Below, one piece after another: positions 15,370 through 25,008 of a DNA stretch of 36,610 bases. The position numbers and the translations under genes were made by a program. The notes beneath the pieces were generated by a model. The model did no database searches and had not been told where the DNA came from. It was given only the letters and a program-made list of their open reading frames with translations. The stretch is from Chloroflexota bacterium (GTDB lineage: Bacteria > Chloroflexota > Chloroflexia > QHBQ01), in NCBI GenBank assembly GCA_043754535.1, contig JAYUUN010000073.1, positions 1 to 36,610 on the forward strand, given 5' to 3'. Position 1 is the stretch's first letter, and each line of letters begins with the position of its first letter.

Positions 15370-16947
15370 GTGAGCGCAGCAGCAAGTGACAGCAACATGG
15401 TTGAGGAGCGGTTGGGCGGCTGGGAGCGCGGCCTGATCTTCTGGCTACTGGGGATCGGGGCGGCAGCCCTCTACTATGGCACGATGAGCATCCCTTACTC
15501 GCTGCAACAATACTACGCAGAGCCGCTGCTCGACCTTGCCAAGATTAGCCAGCACACTGTTACCTCTGGCTGGAACCTGATCGGCGGCTGGTCTGCCCTG
15601 TTCGTCATCTACATCGTCGCCTACCTGCTCGCCCCCCGACGGCTGAGCGCGGGGGTGGCCGTGCCAACGGCGATCCTCTTTCTGCCCGCCGTCTTCTGCG
15701 CCACCCTCGCCATCGCCTACCCGGTCGGGGCCGCCGACGTGTTCGACTACATCCTACGGGCGCGCATCTTCGCCGTGCATGGGGCCAGCCCCTTCGCCGT
15801 CACCCCTGCCGCCTTCCCCAACGACCCGTTCTTCCCCTATGCAGCCTGGGATCAGGCGACCTCGGCTTACGGGCCGATCTGGGAGTTGCTGGCGGCAGGA
15901 GTGACCAGCCTGGGCGGTGAGCAACTGTGGCGTAACATCATCCTATTCAAGGGTCTGGCTATCTTCTCCTACTTCGCCAATGGCGTGCTGATCCTGCTGA
16001 TCGTCGGCGAGCGGCACCCGCAGTGGGCCTGGCGCGGGCTGGTACTCTACCTCTGGAACCCGCTGGTGTTGTTCGAGATCGCCACTAATGCCCACAACGA
16101 CCTGCTGATGATCACCCCGGTACTGGCCGCCTTCCTGCTGCTAGATCGTAGTCGGGCCTGGTGGGGGCGGCCCATCGCCAGCTTCGGACTGGCAATCGGC
16201 TTGCTGATCAAGTTTCTGGCCGCCCCACTCCTCCCCCTGTTCTGGGTGGCGGGCCTGCGCGATGTAAGCCAACGCTGGCCCCGCCGCTGGCTAGTGCTGG
16301 CAGTCAGCGTGCTGCTCACTGCCCTCACCGTCCTCCTGTTCTACATACCCTTCTGGCAGGGGTCAGACCCACTGGGCGTAGGGCGGCGGGCTGATATGTT
16401 CACGGCTAGCCTGCCCAATACCCTGCGCCTGCTGCTGGCCGAGTTCGGGCTAGACAGACCGCTGGCGAGTGCCATTGCCCTCTACACCGCCGTGCTGCTC
16501 TTTGGCCTAATCGGCCTCTTTCAGATGTGGCAAATCTGGCGAGGCCATACCAGTTTGCAACGGGCCAGCTTCGAGTTGCTGTTCTTCTACCTGCTGCTCT
16601 GCTGCCTCTGGTTCCAGCCCTGGTACCTCCTCTGGATCATCCCGCTCGCTGCGATCATCCCCCATTGGGGGGTCGCCAGCCGCACCATCGTCTTCTGCAT
16701 CAGCGGCATGGCTAACTACGTGGTGTGGGACATGCTCTACTTCTGGGTCTTCATCCCGCAGAGCCGGGGCCGAGACTTTACCGCCGAGATACAGTACACC
16801 TCCGCCGCCTTCGTCTACCCCATCCCTCTGCTACTTACCGTCGGTTGGTTCGCCTACGACCGCTGGCAGCAGCGTAAATCTACAGTTGAAGAAAGTGAAG
16901 AACTTGATACGAGCACTGGTGATCATCCCGACCTACAACGAGCGTGA
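15370..16947 (+). CDS. GT-C membrane glycosyltransferase, MptA/MptB (polyprenol-phosphomannose-dependent)-like
   Basis: Multi-TM; ADVFDY, SAYGPIW, WNPLVLFE, AHND and FQPWY motifs; start uncertain (15370 GTG or 15397 ATG). Confidence 0.82.
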   Translation: MSAAASDSNMVEERLGGWERGLIFWLLGIGAAALYYGTMSIPYSLQQYYAEPLLDLAKISQHTVTSGWNLIGGWSALFVIYIVAYLLAPRRLSAGVAVPTAILFLPAVFCATLAIAYPVGAADVFDYILRARIFAVHGASPFAVTPAAFPNDPFFPYAAWDQATSAYGPIWELLAAGVTSLGGEQLWRNIILFKGLAIFSYFANGVLILLIVGERHPQWAWRGLVLYLWNPLVLFEIATNAHNDLLMITPVLAAFLLLDRSRAWWGRPIASFGLAIGLLIKFLAAPLLPLFWVAGLRDVSQRWPRRWLVLAVSVLLTALTVLLFYIPFWQGSDPLGVGRRADMFTASLPNTLRLLLAEFGLDRPLASAIALYTAVLLFGLIGLFQMWQIWRGHTSLQRASFELLFFYLLLCCLWFQPWYLLWIIPLAAIIPHWGVASRTIVFCISGMANYVVWDMLYFWVFIPQSRGRDFTAEIQYTSAAFVYPIPLLLTVGWFAYDRWQQRKSTVEESEELDTSTGDHPDLQRA

Positions 16948-17614
16948 CAACCTGCCTACCCTAGTCGCGCAGGTGTTGGCTGCCGCCGACTACCTGCACA
17001 TCCTGGTAGTAGATGACAACTCGCCGGACGGTACTGGTGAGGTGGCCGACGACCTCTGCGCCCTCTACCCTGACCGCGTGACTGTGCTGCACCGCCCGAC
17101 TAAGCTGGGCCTCGGCACGGCCTACATCGCGGGCTTCAAGCACGGCCTGAGCCACGACTTCGAGGCGATCTGCGAGATGGATGCCGACTTCTCCCACGAC
17201 CCGCGCTACCTGCCGCGCCTGTTCAAGGCGTTGGAGCAGGGCGCAGACCTGGCCCTCGGTTCGCGCTACGTGCGTGGGGGCGGCACGGTCAACTGGGGGG
17301 TGGCCCGCAAGATCATCAGCCGCGGCGGATCGCTCTATGCCCGCCTGATCCTCGGCGTGCCGATCAACGACCTCACTGGTGGCTTCAAAGCCTTCAAGCG
17401 TAGCACGCTGGAGAGCATAGACCTGGACAGGATCAAGTCTAATGGCTACTCCTTCCAGATCGAGATGACTTACCGCATCTACAAGCGCGGCTGCGAGATT
17501 AGAGAGGTGCCGATCACCTTTGTAGATCGCCGCGTCGGGCAGTCGAAGATGTCGCGCAACATCTTCGTCGAGGCGATGTGGATGGTCTGGAAGCTGCGGC
17601 TGGGGCTGGTTTAG
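16904..17614 (+). CDS. Polyprenol monophosphomannose synthase (GT2, Ppm1/Dpm1-like)
   Basis: IIPTYNE, VDDNSPDGT, MDADFSHDP, GSRYVRGG, DLTGGFK, GYSFQIE; start uncertain (16886/16895/16904); overlaps the upstream gene. Confidence 0.95.
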   Translation: MIRALVIIPTYNERDNLPTLVAQVLAAADYLHILVVDDNSPDGTGEVADDLCALYPDRVTVLHRPTKLGLGTAYIAGFKHGLSHDFEAICEMDADFSHDPRYLPRLFKALEQGADLALGSRYVRGGGTVNWGVARKIISRGGSLYARLILGVPINDLTGGFKAFKRSTLESIDLDRIKSNGYSFQIEMTYRIYKRGCEIREVPITFVDRRVGQSKMSRNIFVEAMWMVWKLRLGLV

Positions 17615-17632
17615 CACACCTGTCCCCCGATT

Positions 17633-17674
17633 TGGTATAATATCCCTGCGCCGCTCCAAACCTGGGCGGCGCAG
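17633..17674 (+). promoter_or_regulatory. Extended -10 promoter for sbcC followed by a GC-rich hairpin
   Basis: TGGTATAAT (17633-17641); stem CTGCGCCGC/GCGGCGCAG (17646-17674). Confidence 0.6.
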
Positions 17675-17702
17675 CTTGTGCCTAGATTAGAGTGGAGACG
17701 CG

Positions 17703-20279
17703 ATGATCCCCCAACAGCTTACCCTCAAGAACTTCATGTGCTACCAGGATGTGACGGTAGACTTTGCTGGCCTACACCTAACCTGTCTCTCTGGCAGTAA
17801 TGGCAGCGGCAAGAGTGCGCTGCTCGCAGGGATCACCTGGGCGTTGTGGGGGAAGGCTCGCGATAAGGTGGCTGACGACGACTTGGTGGGCAGCGGCGCG
17901 ATTGACATGAGCGCAGACTTCGCCTTCCAGCTTGGCCGCCAGCAGTACAAGGTGCTACGTACCCACACCCGCAAGTTCAATAGCCGTACTACGATCAGCT
18001 TGCAAATCTTCGACGAGCCGACCAATTCCTGGCGCAGCCTCAACGAGCGGGGGGTGCGCGAGACGCAGAGTCGGATCATCGAAATCCTGCACATGGATTA
18101 CGAGACCTTCATCAACTCAGCCTTCCTGGTGCAAGGCCGCGCCGACGAGTTTACCCGCAAGGCTCCTGGTGAGCGCAAGAATGTGCTAGCCAACATCCTC
18201 GGCCTGGACTACTACGACAAGCTACAGGAGAAGGCCAAGCGCGAGTTTGCCGCCTGCAACGAGCAGGTCAAGGAGGCTGACGGCTGGCTGGCCCGCCTCG
18301 ATCAGGAGCTAGCCACCCTGCCCGCCCTTGAGCAGAACTTCGACGCGGCCACCAGCCGTCTGCTCGACCTGGACGAGCAGCTTGAGGGCAGGAGCGCGGG
18401 TTTTGAGCAGTTGCGCCGCCGCTTTGAGACGCTAGAGGGCAAGCACGAGGAACTGGTCGCCCTGGCCCAGGCGATCCACCACCTGCAAGCCGAGCGCGAA
18501 GCCGCCGAGAGTCAACTGCGTGGCTACGAGCAACGGCTGACCGCCGCCCGCGAGACGCTGCGCAACCGCGATGCCGTGCAGCGGGGCTACACCGACCTGC
18601 GGCGGGTGCAGGATGAGGTAGAGGCGGGCAGCGACTTGCAGAGCCGCTATGCAGACCTCAGCCGCCAGTTGCAGCAGACCGAGTTCGACCTTGCCAATGA
18701 GCGCAAGGAGCTTGAGCGCGATCTGAAGTCGGCCCACGAACGAGCCAACGAGGTTGAGCGCAAGGCGGCTAGCATCGGGCGGCTGACCCAGGAGCTTGAG
18801 CAGCAGCAGCAGCTTCTAGCCGACTTCGAACTGCTTGAGCAGCAGCAGGCCGCTGCCGACCAGCGGCGGCAGGAGTTGCAGCGGCTGCTGACTGAGGCGC
18901 GCACTGAGATCAAGACGCTCAAGGCCGAGATGGATCGCCTGCGCGAAACGGTCAGGCTAATCAAGGCTAGCGATCATCAGCAATGCCCCGTCTGCGGCAA
19001 CGCCCTGCAAGCGGGCGACCTGGATCGGATCGAGCAGCACTACACCACCGAGGGGGTCAGCCGCAAACGGGCCGTCACCGCTCATGAGCAGCAGGTGGCC
19101 GAGTTCGAGAGCTTGATCGCGCAGAGTGAGCAGGAGGCGAACGAACTGAGCCGCCGCATTGGTGGCCGCCGCCTGGCCGAGAAGCAGGCCGCCGCCGCCG
19201 AGTTGCGCCTGCGCGAGGCCACCGATGCGGGCAGGCAGCTTGCCGACCTCACGGCCCAGGTTGACCGCCTGGAGCAGCGGCTGCGCGAGAAGGAGTACGC
19301 TCAGGCCGCCCGCGTCGCCCAGGCCCGCCTGCAAGCCGCTATTGCTGCGTTGGGCTACGATGCCGCCGCCTATGCCGCCCTCCGCGCCCAATTGCAGGGC
19401 CTGCGCCAGTACGAGGCTGCCTACGACCGCCTCCGCAAGGCCGAGGGCGAGGAGCAGGTGGCCCAGCTTGGCTACATCCAGGTGCAAGCCGAGCGCAACA
19501 ACAAGCAGGCCGCTATCGCCGAACGCGAGAAGAACCACCAGCACCTTGCCAGCCAACTGAGCGACTATGAGGCACGCAAGAGCGAGCTTGAGCGCGCCCG
19601 CTACGACCTGGAAGCCCTCCGCCGCCAGCGTGAAATGGCCCTGCGTGAACACACCCAGATGGAGTCGGCGATCAGCCGCCTCTACGACATCCGCGCCAGC
19701 CGCGTCGAGAAGGTGGCCGAGCGCGACGCGGCTGCCCACGAACGCACTATCTACGAGGAACTGGTGACGGCCTTTGGCAAGAAGGGGGTGCAGGCGATGA
19801 TCATCGAGTCGGCGATCCCAGAGTTGGAGGACGAAAGCAACGATCTGCTGGGCCGCATGACCGATGGGAAGATGCAGGTTAAGTTCATCACCCAGCGCGA
19901 CACCCGCCGCGGTGACAGCACGGTGGAGACGCTTGATCTTGAGGTGGCCCACAACGGCAACTATCGCAGCTACGAACTGTACAGCGGTGGCGAGGCCTTC
20001 CGCATCAACTTTGCCATTCGCATTGCGATGAGCAAGCTGCTGGCTCACCGCGCGGGCGCACGCCTGCAAACCCTGATCATTGATGAAGGCTTTGGCACCC
20101 AGGATGGCGATGGCCGGGAGCGGGTGGTGCAGGCGATCCAGGCGATCAAGGAGGACTTCGAATGCATCTTTGTGATCACCCACATCGAGGAGCTAAAGGA
20201 AAGTTTCCCTGCCCGCATCGAGGTGCGAGCAGGAATCAACGGGGTTAGCGGTTCCAGCGTAGAGGTGGTATTGGGCTGA
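17703..20279 (+). CDS. sbcC: SbcC/Rad50-like SMC family ATPase
   Basis: Walker A GSNGSGKS, Q-loop LVQG, long coiled coil with central zinc hook CPVCG, signature YSGGE, Walker B IIDEGFGTQD, ITH. Confidence 0.93.
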   Translation: MIPQQLTLKNFMCYQDVTVDFAGLHLTCLSGSNGSGKSALLAGITWALWGKARDKVADDDLVGSGAIDMSADFAFQLGRQQYKVLRTHTRKFNSRTTISLQIFDEPTNSWRSLNERGVRETQSRIIEILHMDYETFINSAFLVQGRADEFTRKAPGERKNVLANILGLDYYDKLQEKAKREFAACNEQVKEADGWLARLDQELATLPALEQNFDAATSRLLDLDEQLEGRSAGFEQLRRRFETLEGKHEELVALAQAIHHLQAEREAAESQLRGYEQRLTAARETLRNRDAVQRGYTDLRRVQDEVEAGSDLQSRYADLSRQLQQTEFDLANERKELERDLKSAHERANEVERKAASIGRLTQELEQQQQLLADFELLEQQQAAADQRRQELQRLLTEARTEIKTLKAEMDRLRETVRLIKASDHQQCPVCGNALQAGDLDRIEQHYTTEGVSRKRAVTAHEQQVAEFESLIAQSEQEANELSRRIGGRRLAEKQAAAAELRLREATDAGRQLADLTAQVDRLEQRLREKEYAQAARVAQARLQAAIAALGYDAAAYAALRAQLQGLRQYEAAYDRLRKAEGEEQVAQLGYIQVQAERNNKQAAIAEREKNHQHLASQLSDYEARKSELERARYDLEALRRQREMALREHTQMESAISRLYDIRASRVEKVAERDAAAHERTIYEELVTAFGKKGVQAMIIESAIPELEDESNDLLGRMTDGKMQVKFITQRDTRRGDSTVETLDLEVAHNGNYRSYELYSGGEAFRINFAIRIAMSKLLAHRAGARLQTLIIDEGFGTQDGDGRERVVQAIQAIKEDFECIFVITHIEELKESFPARIEVRAGINGVSGSSVEVVLG

Positions 20280-20309
20280 CCTGCCGCCGATGGCTGGGAG
20301 AGGGGGAGT

Positions 20310-20864
20310 ATGGCTAGGAGGCGGTTCCAGGCGATCTCGTTCGGGTTGGGGCTGATCGGCCTCGGCCTGCTTGCCTACCTGGTACTCTCGGTCGGGGTCG
20401 GCTTCCTGCCAGAGCAGGCGACCTTGAGGCTCGTCACCTACGCCCTGCTGCTGGTTGCGCCGCTGCTGATCTTCCTGCCGATCAGCCAGGCACTCAACCT
20501 CCGCTACTTCTGGTTGTTCGCCGTCCTCAGTTGGTCACTGTTTGGCTATACCTACATATTTGTGCAGCCTCCCTCACGGGCGCAGGCGGGGCCAACCTGG
20601 TACCTGATCATCCTCAGCCTCTTGTTTGCGGTGCTGACCACCATCCTTACCCCGATCACCTACCTGATCGGCTACCGCTTCTACTCGTTGCGGATGCAGC
20701 GCAAGGACATGGGCCGGGCGCGGCGACAGGCGATCCTGCTCTCGCTCTGCATCGTAGCCTGGTTGCTGCTGGCCGCCCTCCAGGTCTTCAATCCGCTCAA
20801 CGCCATCCTGGTGCTGGCCGCCTTCGCCGTGCTAGAGTTCTTCTTCCTAACGCGCTGGGATTAG
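20310..20864 (+). CDS. Hypothetical integral membrane protein (about 6 TM)
   Basis: GGGGAG RBS; hydrophobic helices; follows sbcC. Confidence 0.8.
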   Translation: MARRRFQAISFGLGLIGLGLLAYLVLSVGVGFLPEQATLRLVTYALLLVAPLLIFLPISQALNLRYFWLFAVLSWSLFGYTYIFVQPPSRAQAGPTWYLIILSLLFAVLTTILTPITYLIGYRFYSLRMQRKDMGRARRQAILLSLCIVAWLLLAALQVFNPLNAILVLAAFAVLEFFFLTRWD

Positions 20865-20885
20865 CAGTGCAGAATGCCACCTTTG

Positions 20886-23414
20886 CTACCTGATCGCGTA
20901 TACCCACACGCCGTCGGCGTGGTAGAGCGGCACCGCCTGCGGGTAGCGGTCGAGGGTTAGCGGGCTGAGGATACCGCCGCGTGAGCCAACATAGATGTAG
21001 CCCACCCCATATTCGCGCAAGGTCTGCCAGGCGGCGATCACGCTACGCTCATCAGTAGTTGCTGCGTTGGTCAGAGCCACCGCCGCCAGGGTGGTCTCCA
21101 CCGTCATCGTCAGGTAGGCGGGGTCGGCTAGCCGCTCGTTGTAGCTCGGCTGCGGCGGGGCCGTCGAGGTACGAACGGTAGTGGGCGGTTCGCTCCCTGT
21201 CGGGCGGGAGAGGAGCGGCAGCCAGAGGCCCGCATCGCTGCCCTGCGCGAGATTGCTAGCCCAGGTGAAGGCGAAGTCGGAGACCAGGAAGCGCGCATCC
21301 TGGGGCGTGTTGGCCGCGATCCAGCGCATGGCCGCCACGTCCTGACTTGCCACATACGGCTTGAGGTCGAGGATGTCCAGTTGCGGCAGGCCGCCTGCCA
21401 CGCCCGCTGCCAGCGTCACTGCCGCGCAGCCAGCAGCTAGTGTGCTCCTACCGCTAGCATCAAGCTGCCCAGCAACCATGCTCCCTACCCAGCTCAGTAG
21501 TGCGGCGACAGCGTAGGCGGCGAAGATTGCGACTGGTATGAAGCTACACTGCACCAGCGTCACGTTGTCCACCAGCCCGGCGAAGGGCAGCCGCACCCAG
21601 TAGGGGTTGGAGAGTAGCACGTGCAGTTCGCACCAAAGCAGCAGCACTATCGCCCACCGTTCTCTCCGCAGCAGCGACAGCAGTCCGCCGCCCACTGCCA
21701 GCCCCAGCAAAGGCCACGTGCTGAAGTAGCGTAGCGGCTGATCGCCGATCAGAGTAATGAGGTCGTAGAAGGCGGCGTTGCTGCCGTCTGTCTTGTTGAC
21801 CACCTGCACGCTGAAGTTGCGGAGCAGATTGATCGCCCAGGGTAGCACCAGTAGCAGCCCCAGCGCGACTGGCAAGCTGGTAGCCAACAGCCGATAGCTT
21901 GCAGCGCGTAGGCTGCGGCCAGCGGCTAGCGGAGCAAGCAGGTTGGCGACGCTCAGGATCGCAGCGAAGGTGGCGTAGACGATCCAGATGCGGTAGTGAA
22001 CGACGAACAGCCCCCCACCCGCCAGCACCGCCAGGGCGGTTAGCCTCCACCTGCCAGCCAGCCACCCCCCGCGCTGCGGGGTGACCTGGTCAGGGGTCGC
22101 CGCCAGCACCAGCAGCAGCAGGGCGACCGGTAGCAACTCCAACCCGGCTAGCTGGGTGAAGCGGCTCCAGTTGACGTAGAAGGCGGGGAAGATGGTCAGG
22201 ATGCTAACCGTGAAGGCGGCGGCCAGGGCCATCAGGCTGTTGCCGACCAGCTTCTCGACCACGAGGTAAAGGCTGGCGGCGACCAATACGCTAAGTAGCT
22301 GGCCGGTGAGTAGCGTGAGCGGTACGCTGCCCAGGCCCGTCAGCCAGCCGAGGGCGGCAGCCAACGTGTGGAAGCCGTAATGGTAGGTGAAACTGGCGAG
22401 GGGAGCATAGGGCTGGTAGTCGGTCGGCAATACGCCGCGTTCGCCGATCATTTGGGTGATCAGGCTGTGGTGGTAGCCGTCGATGCCCGACCCAGCCTGC
22501 ATCGGGGCCGCGGTGAGCAGGCGCATGGCCCCGCCGACCAGCAGGTAGCCGCCAAGTAGGGCGTAGCGGCCCCAGCCCTGCACCTGCCGCAGCCCCTCTA
22601 CCCCCCGCCTGCGCCACTCGTCCCCGCCAACGACGGCAGCACAGATCGCCAGCAGCAGCCAGGCCTGCCAACCGCCCAGCCGCAATCCTGTTGGCTGCAA
22701 CCAGAGCAGCAGCACTGGCAGCATCGCCAGGGTCAGAGCGGGGGCGGCAACCAACTTCTGCGCTGCGTTCAGCACCCCTGTTGGCAGCAGCGCGAGGGCT
22801 GCCCTCCCCGGCAGCAGGTAGAGCAGGAGGACGCAGACCGCCAGCCAGAGGTTGCCTAGCAGTCCCGCCACCGTGTCGCCGAGGGCGGCCAGCCCATCGT
22901 AACGCGCTAGCCAGCGCACGGTCAGGTCGCCGCTCTGCTGCTTACCGTCCACGTACATCGCGCCGCCAGAGTAGCTGTCAGCGGGGTAGTAGCTGATTGC
23001 CAGGCTGCTGAGGGTTGCTCTATCGCCTTCGAGCGCAAAGTAGTAGTCACGCTCGGCGGTGAGTGGGCCAAGCGGAAAGTAGAGGCGAGTCGCGCTGCTT
23101 GGCTGGATTGGGAGGTCGCTGATCGTGCGGCCTGCCACGCCCCCTTCGCGCAGCACGAAGCGCAGCTTGCCCTCCGCCGTCGCTCGTGCATTGCCGATCC
23201 GCAGAGTAATAGCGGTCACTGGCAGGTGCGGGCGGAAGCTCTGGCCCACGCTCTGCCCAGCTACCCCTGCAAAGGTGATCGCGGGTGGGGCTGTGTCGTC
23301 GGGCCGATGCTGATCGTAGTCCACCCTCTCGCTGCGCCAGCCAGCAGCCAGCAGCAGGCAAGCGGCAACCAGGGCGGCGGCAACCAGGGCGACCCCCAGC
23401 GATCTAGCCCGCAA
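20886..23414 (-). CDS. Large membrane protein, probable GT-C fold glycosyltransferase with N-terminal extracytoplasmic domain
   Basis: Many TM helices; DGYHH, YHYGFH, WSRFTQL, AMRWIAANTP and YIYVG motifs; start overlaps the upstream peptidase stop. Confidence 0.75.
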   Translation of the reverse strand: MRARSLGVALVAAALVAACLLLAAGWRSERVDYDQHRPDDTAPPAITFAGVAGQSVGQSFRPHLPVTAITLRIGNARATAEGKLRFVLREGGVAGRTISDLPIQPSSATRLYFPLGPLTAERDYYFALEGDRATLSSLAISYYPADSYSGGAMYVDGKQQSGDLTVRWLARYDGLAALGDTVAGLLGNLWLAVCVLLLYLLPGRAALALLPTGVLNAAQKLVAAPALTLAMLPVLLLWLQPTGLRLGGWQAWLLLAICAAVVGGDEWRRRGVEGLRQVQGWGRYALLGGYLLVGGAMRLLTAAPMQAGSGIDGYHHSLITQMIGERGVLPTDYQPYAPLASFTYHYGFHTLAAALGWLTGLGSVPLTLLTGQLLSVLVAASLYLVVEKLVGNSLMALAAAFTVSILTIFPAFYVNWSRFTQLAGLELLPVALLLLVLAATPDQVTPQRGGWLAGRWRLTALAVLAGGGLFVVHYRIWIVYATFAAILSVANLLAPLAAGRSLRAASYRLLATSLPVALGLLLVLPWAINLLRNFSVQVVNKTDGSNAAFYDLITLIGDQPLRYFSTWPLLGLAVGGGLLSLLRRERWAIVLLLWCELHVLLSNPYWVRLPFAGLVDNVTLVQCSFIPVAIFAAYAVAALLSWVGSMVAGQLDASGRSTLAAGCAAVTLAAGVAGGLPQLDILDLKPYVASQDVAAMRWIAANTPQDARFLVSDFAFTWASNLAQGSDAGLWLPLLSRPTGSEPPTTVRTSTAPPQPSYNERLADPAYLTMTVETTLAAVALTNAATTDERSVIAAWQTLREYGVGYIYVGSRGGILSPLTLDRYPQAVPLYHADGVWVYAIR

Positions 23415-24618
23415 TGTCGCCTACTGTCTCGCTGAGGTTGGTCAGGCGACGGGGCGCACCATCGGTGAGCAGCCAGCTATTCTCCACCCCTACCATGCCG
23501 CGCCCGACGAAGGCCAGCTTCGGCTCAAGGGCGATCACCATGCCTGCCTGCAACGGCTCGTCTACCCCCTTCGCAATCGCGGGCCACTCGTTCAGTTCCA
23601 GGCCAACGGCGTGGCCGATGAAAGCCACCTGCTGTTCGCCAAAGCCCTGCAAGTGTGCTGCATAACCCAGTTCGCTGGCGGCGGCTAGCCCCACCCGATA
23701 AACTTCGCTAGCCAACACCCCCAGCTTCAGCACCGCCACCATCGCCTCTTGCACCTGCACCGTCGCCTGATAAGCCCGCTGCAAGTCGGCGGGCAGGTGA
23801 TCAAGCACGAGAGTGCGCGTCTGGTCAGCGATATAGCCGTTATAGAGACCCACGTAGTCGGTCAGGATTGGCTCATTCGCTTGGATCAGGCGGTTGCTTG
23901 CCCCTTGCCCATAAGCAGGGCTGAGGCCCAGGCCGCCATTGCAGGTGAGGAAGGCAGTGGGGATTGCCCCGTTCGGCCCGCTGCTGACGAAGGCGGCGGC
24001 CAGTTCGTTGTTTAGGCCGCGCATCCGCACGTTGTAGCCGTGGCCCGCCAGCCGCCCAGCATACTCGCCCGCCGCCGCCGCCGCCAACTCGCTCACCCCA
24101 GGCTTCAGCACCCCCTGCACTGCGGCAATCATTGCGTCGCTGATAGCCGCCGCTCGCTCCAGACAGGCTACCTCCCACCCGCTCTTGACCATGCGGGTTG
24201 CGCGGATTGCGGGCCAGCCATCGGCCAGTTGTAGGCCACTGAAGATGCGCTGGTAGTTGAGGTAGCTGCTGGCAGGCAGCACATCCATCTCTAGCCCCAG
24301 TCGCATTGGGCGGTGGCCGCGTTCGGCTAGCAATGCTGGTAGCTCCTTTGGGCTACGCAGCGGCACAATATCGCGCAGCGGCGACTCGGCCTGCGCCCTG
24401 CTCAGCGTCTTGAACACGAACATGGCCGCTTCACCTTCGCGGGGGACGTAGAGGTGGGCGTTCTGCATCGTGCCAGTAAAGTAGAGCAGGTCTACGTTCT
24501 GCACCACCAACACGCCGTCGAGGTCGGCAGTGGCAAGTTGGGCCTGCAAGCGGCGGATGCGATCTCCGATCTCGCTAGCGGGGGTGAGTGGGTAGCCAAT
24601 GTCAGCCGCGATCTCCAC
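23404..24618 (-). CDS. Xaa-Pro peptidase family (M24) protein
   Basis: Creatinase-like N-domain (NVDLLYFTG), RMVKS, GYIADQTRT, GHAVGLELNE, EPK, GVEN metal ligands. Confidence 0.93.
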   Translation of the reverse strand: MEIAADIGYPLTPASEIGDRIRRLQAQLATADLDGVLVVQNVDLLYFTGTMQNAHLYVPREGEAAMFVFKTLSRAQAESPLRDIVPLRSPKELPALLAERGHRPMRLGLEMDVLPASSYLNYQRIFSGLQLADGWPAIRATRMVKSGWEVACLERAAAISDAMIAAVQGVLKPGVSELAAAAAGEYAGRLAGHGYNVRMRGLNNELAAAFVSSGPNGAIPTAFLTCNGGLGLSPAYGQGASNRLIQANEPILTDYVGLYNGYIADQTRTLVLDHLPADLQRAYQATVQVQEAMVAVLKLGVLASEVYRVGLAAASELGYAAHLQGFGEQQVAFIGHAVGLELNEWPAIAKGVDEPLQAGMVIALEPKLAFVGRGMVGVENSWLLTDGAPRRLTNLSETVGDIAG

Positions 24619-24966
24619 CTAGCCCCCTCCCAGCAGCAGCAGCAAGGCTGCCCCGCCGCGTTCCAGCAGCCGATGGTGGACATCGCCCAGGGCTACACTG
24701 CCAACCGCACCCCCCGCTGCATCGTAGACCGTCGCGCTGTACTGGCCGTTGTCCAACAGCCCCCGCAGCCGCCCCGCCGCATCGTGGACGCTGCCCCCAT
24801 TGTTGATATTGCCGAGCATTACGCCCTCCCTATCACGCAGGATCGCTACCGAGCCATTGGAGGTGACGCTGCCCACGCGCAGCCCCGCTGCGTCCTGGAC
24901 GCTACCATCAGCCGCGTCAACCTGGCCCGCCACTGCGCCGTTCTCTCCGTAGATTGTACTTGCCAT
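24619..24966 (-). CDS. Small beta-repeat protein (5-fold beta-flower-like)
   Basis: Five repeats of G-x-V/I-x-D-x-x-G-x-x-V-G-x-V and C-terminal GGAALLLLL; GGGGAG RBS. Confidence 0.75.
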   Translation of the reverse strand: MASTIYGENGAVAGQVDAADGSVQDAAGLRVGSVTSNGSVAILRDREGVMLGNINNGGSVHDAAGRLRGLLDNGQYSATVYDAAGGAVGSVALGDVHHRLLERGGAALLLLLGGG

Positions 24967-25008
24967 TGCCCCACACTCCCCCTTGCTCTCTTTGACGGGT
25001 CAGTGCAG

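Noticed and set aside
17703..20279. SMC-based defence system (Wadjet/Lamassu)
   Set aside because: Typical SbcC motifs with a zinc hook and no defence partner genes adjacent
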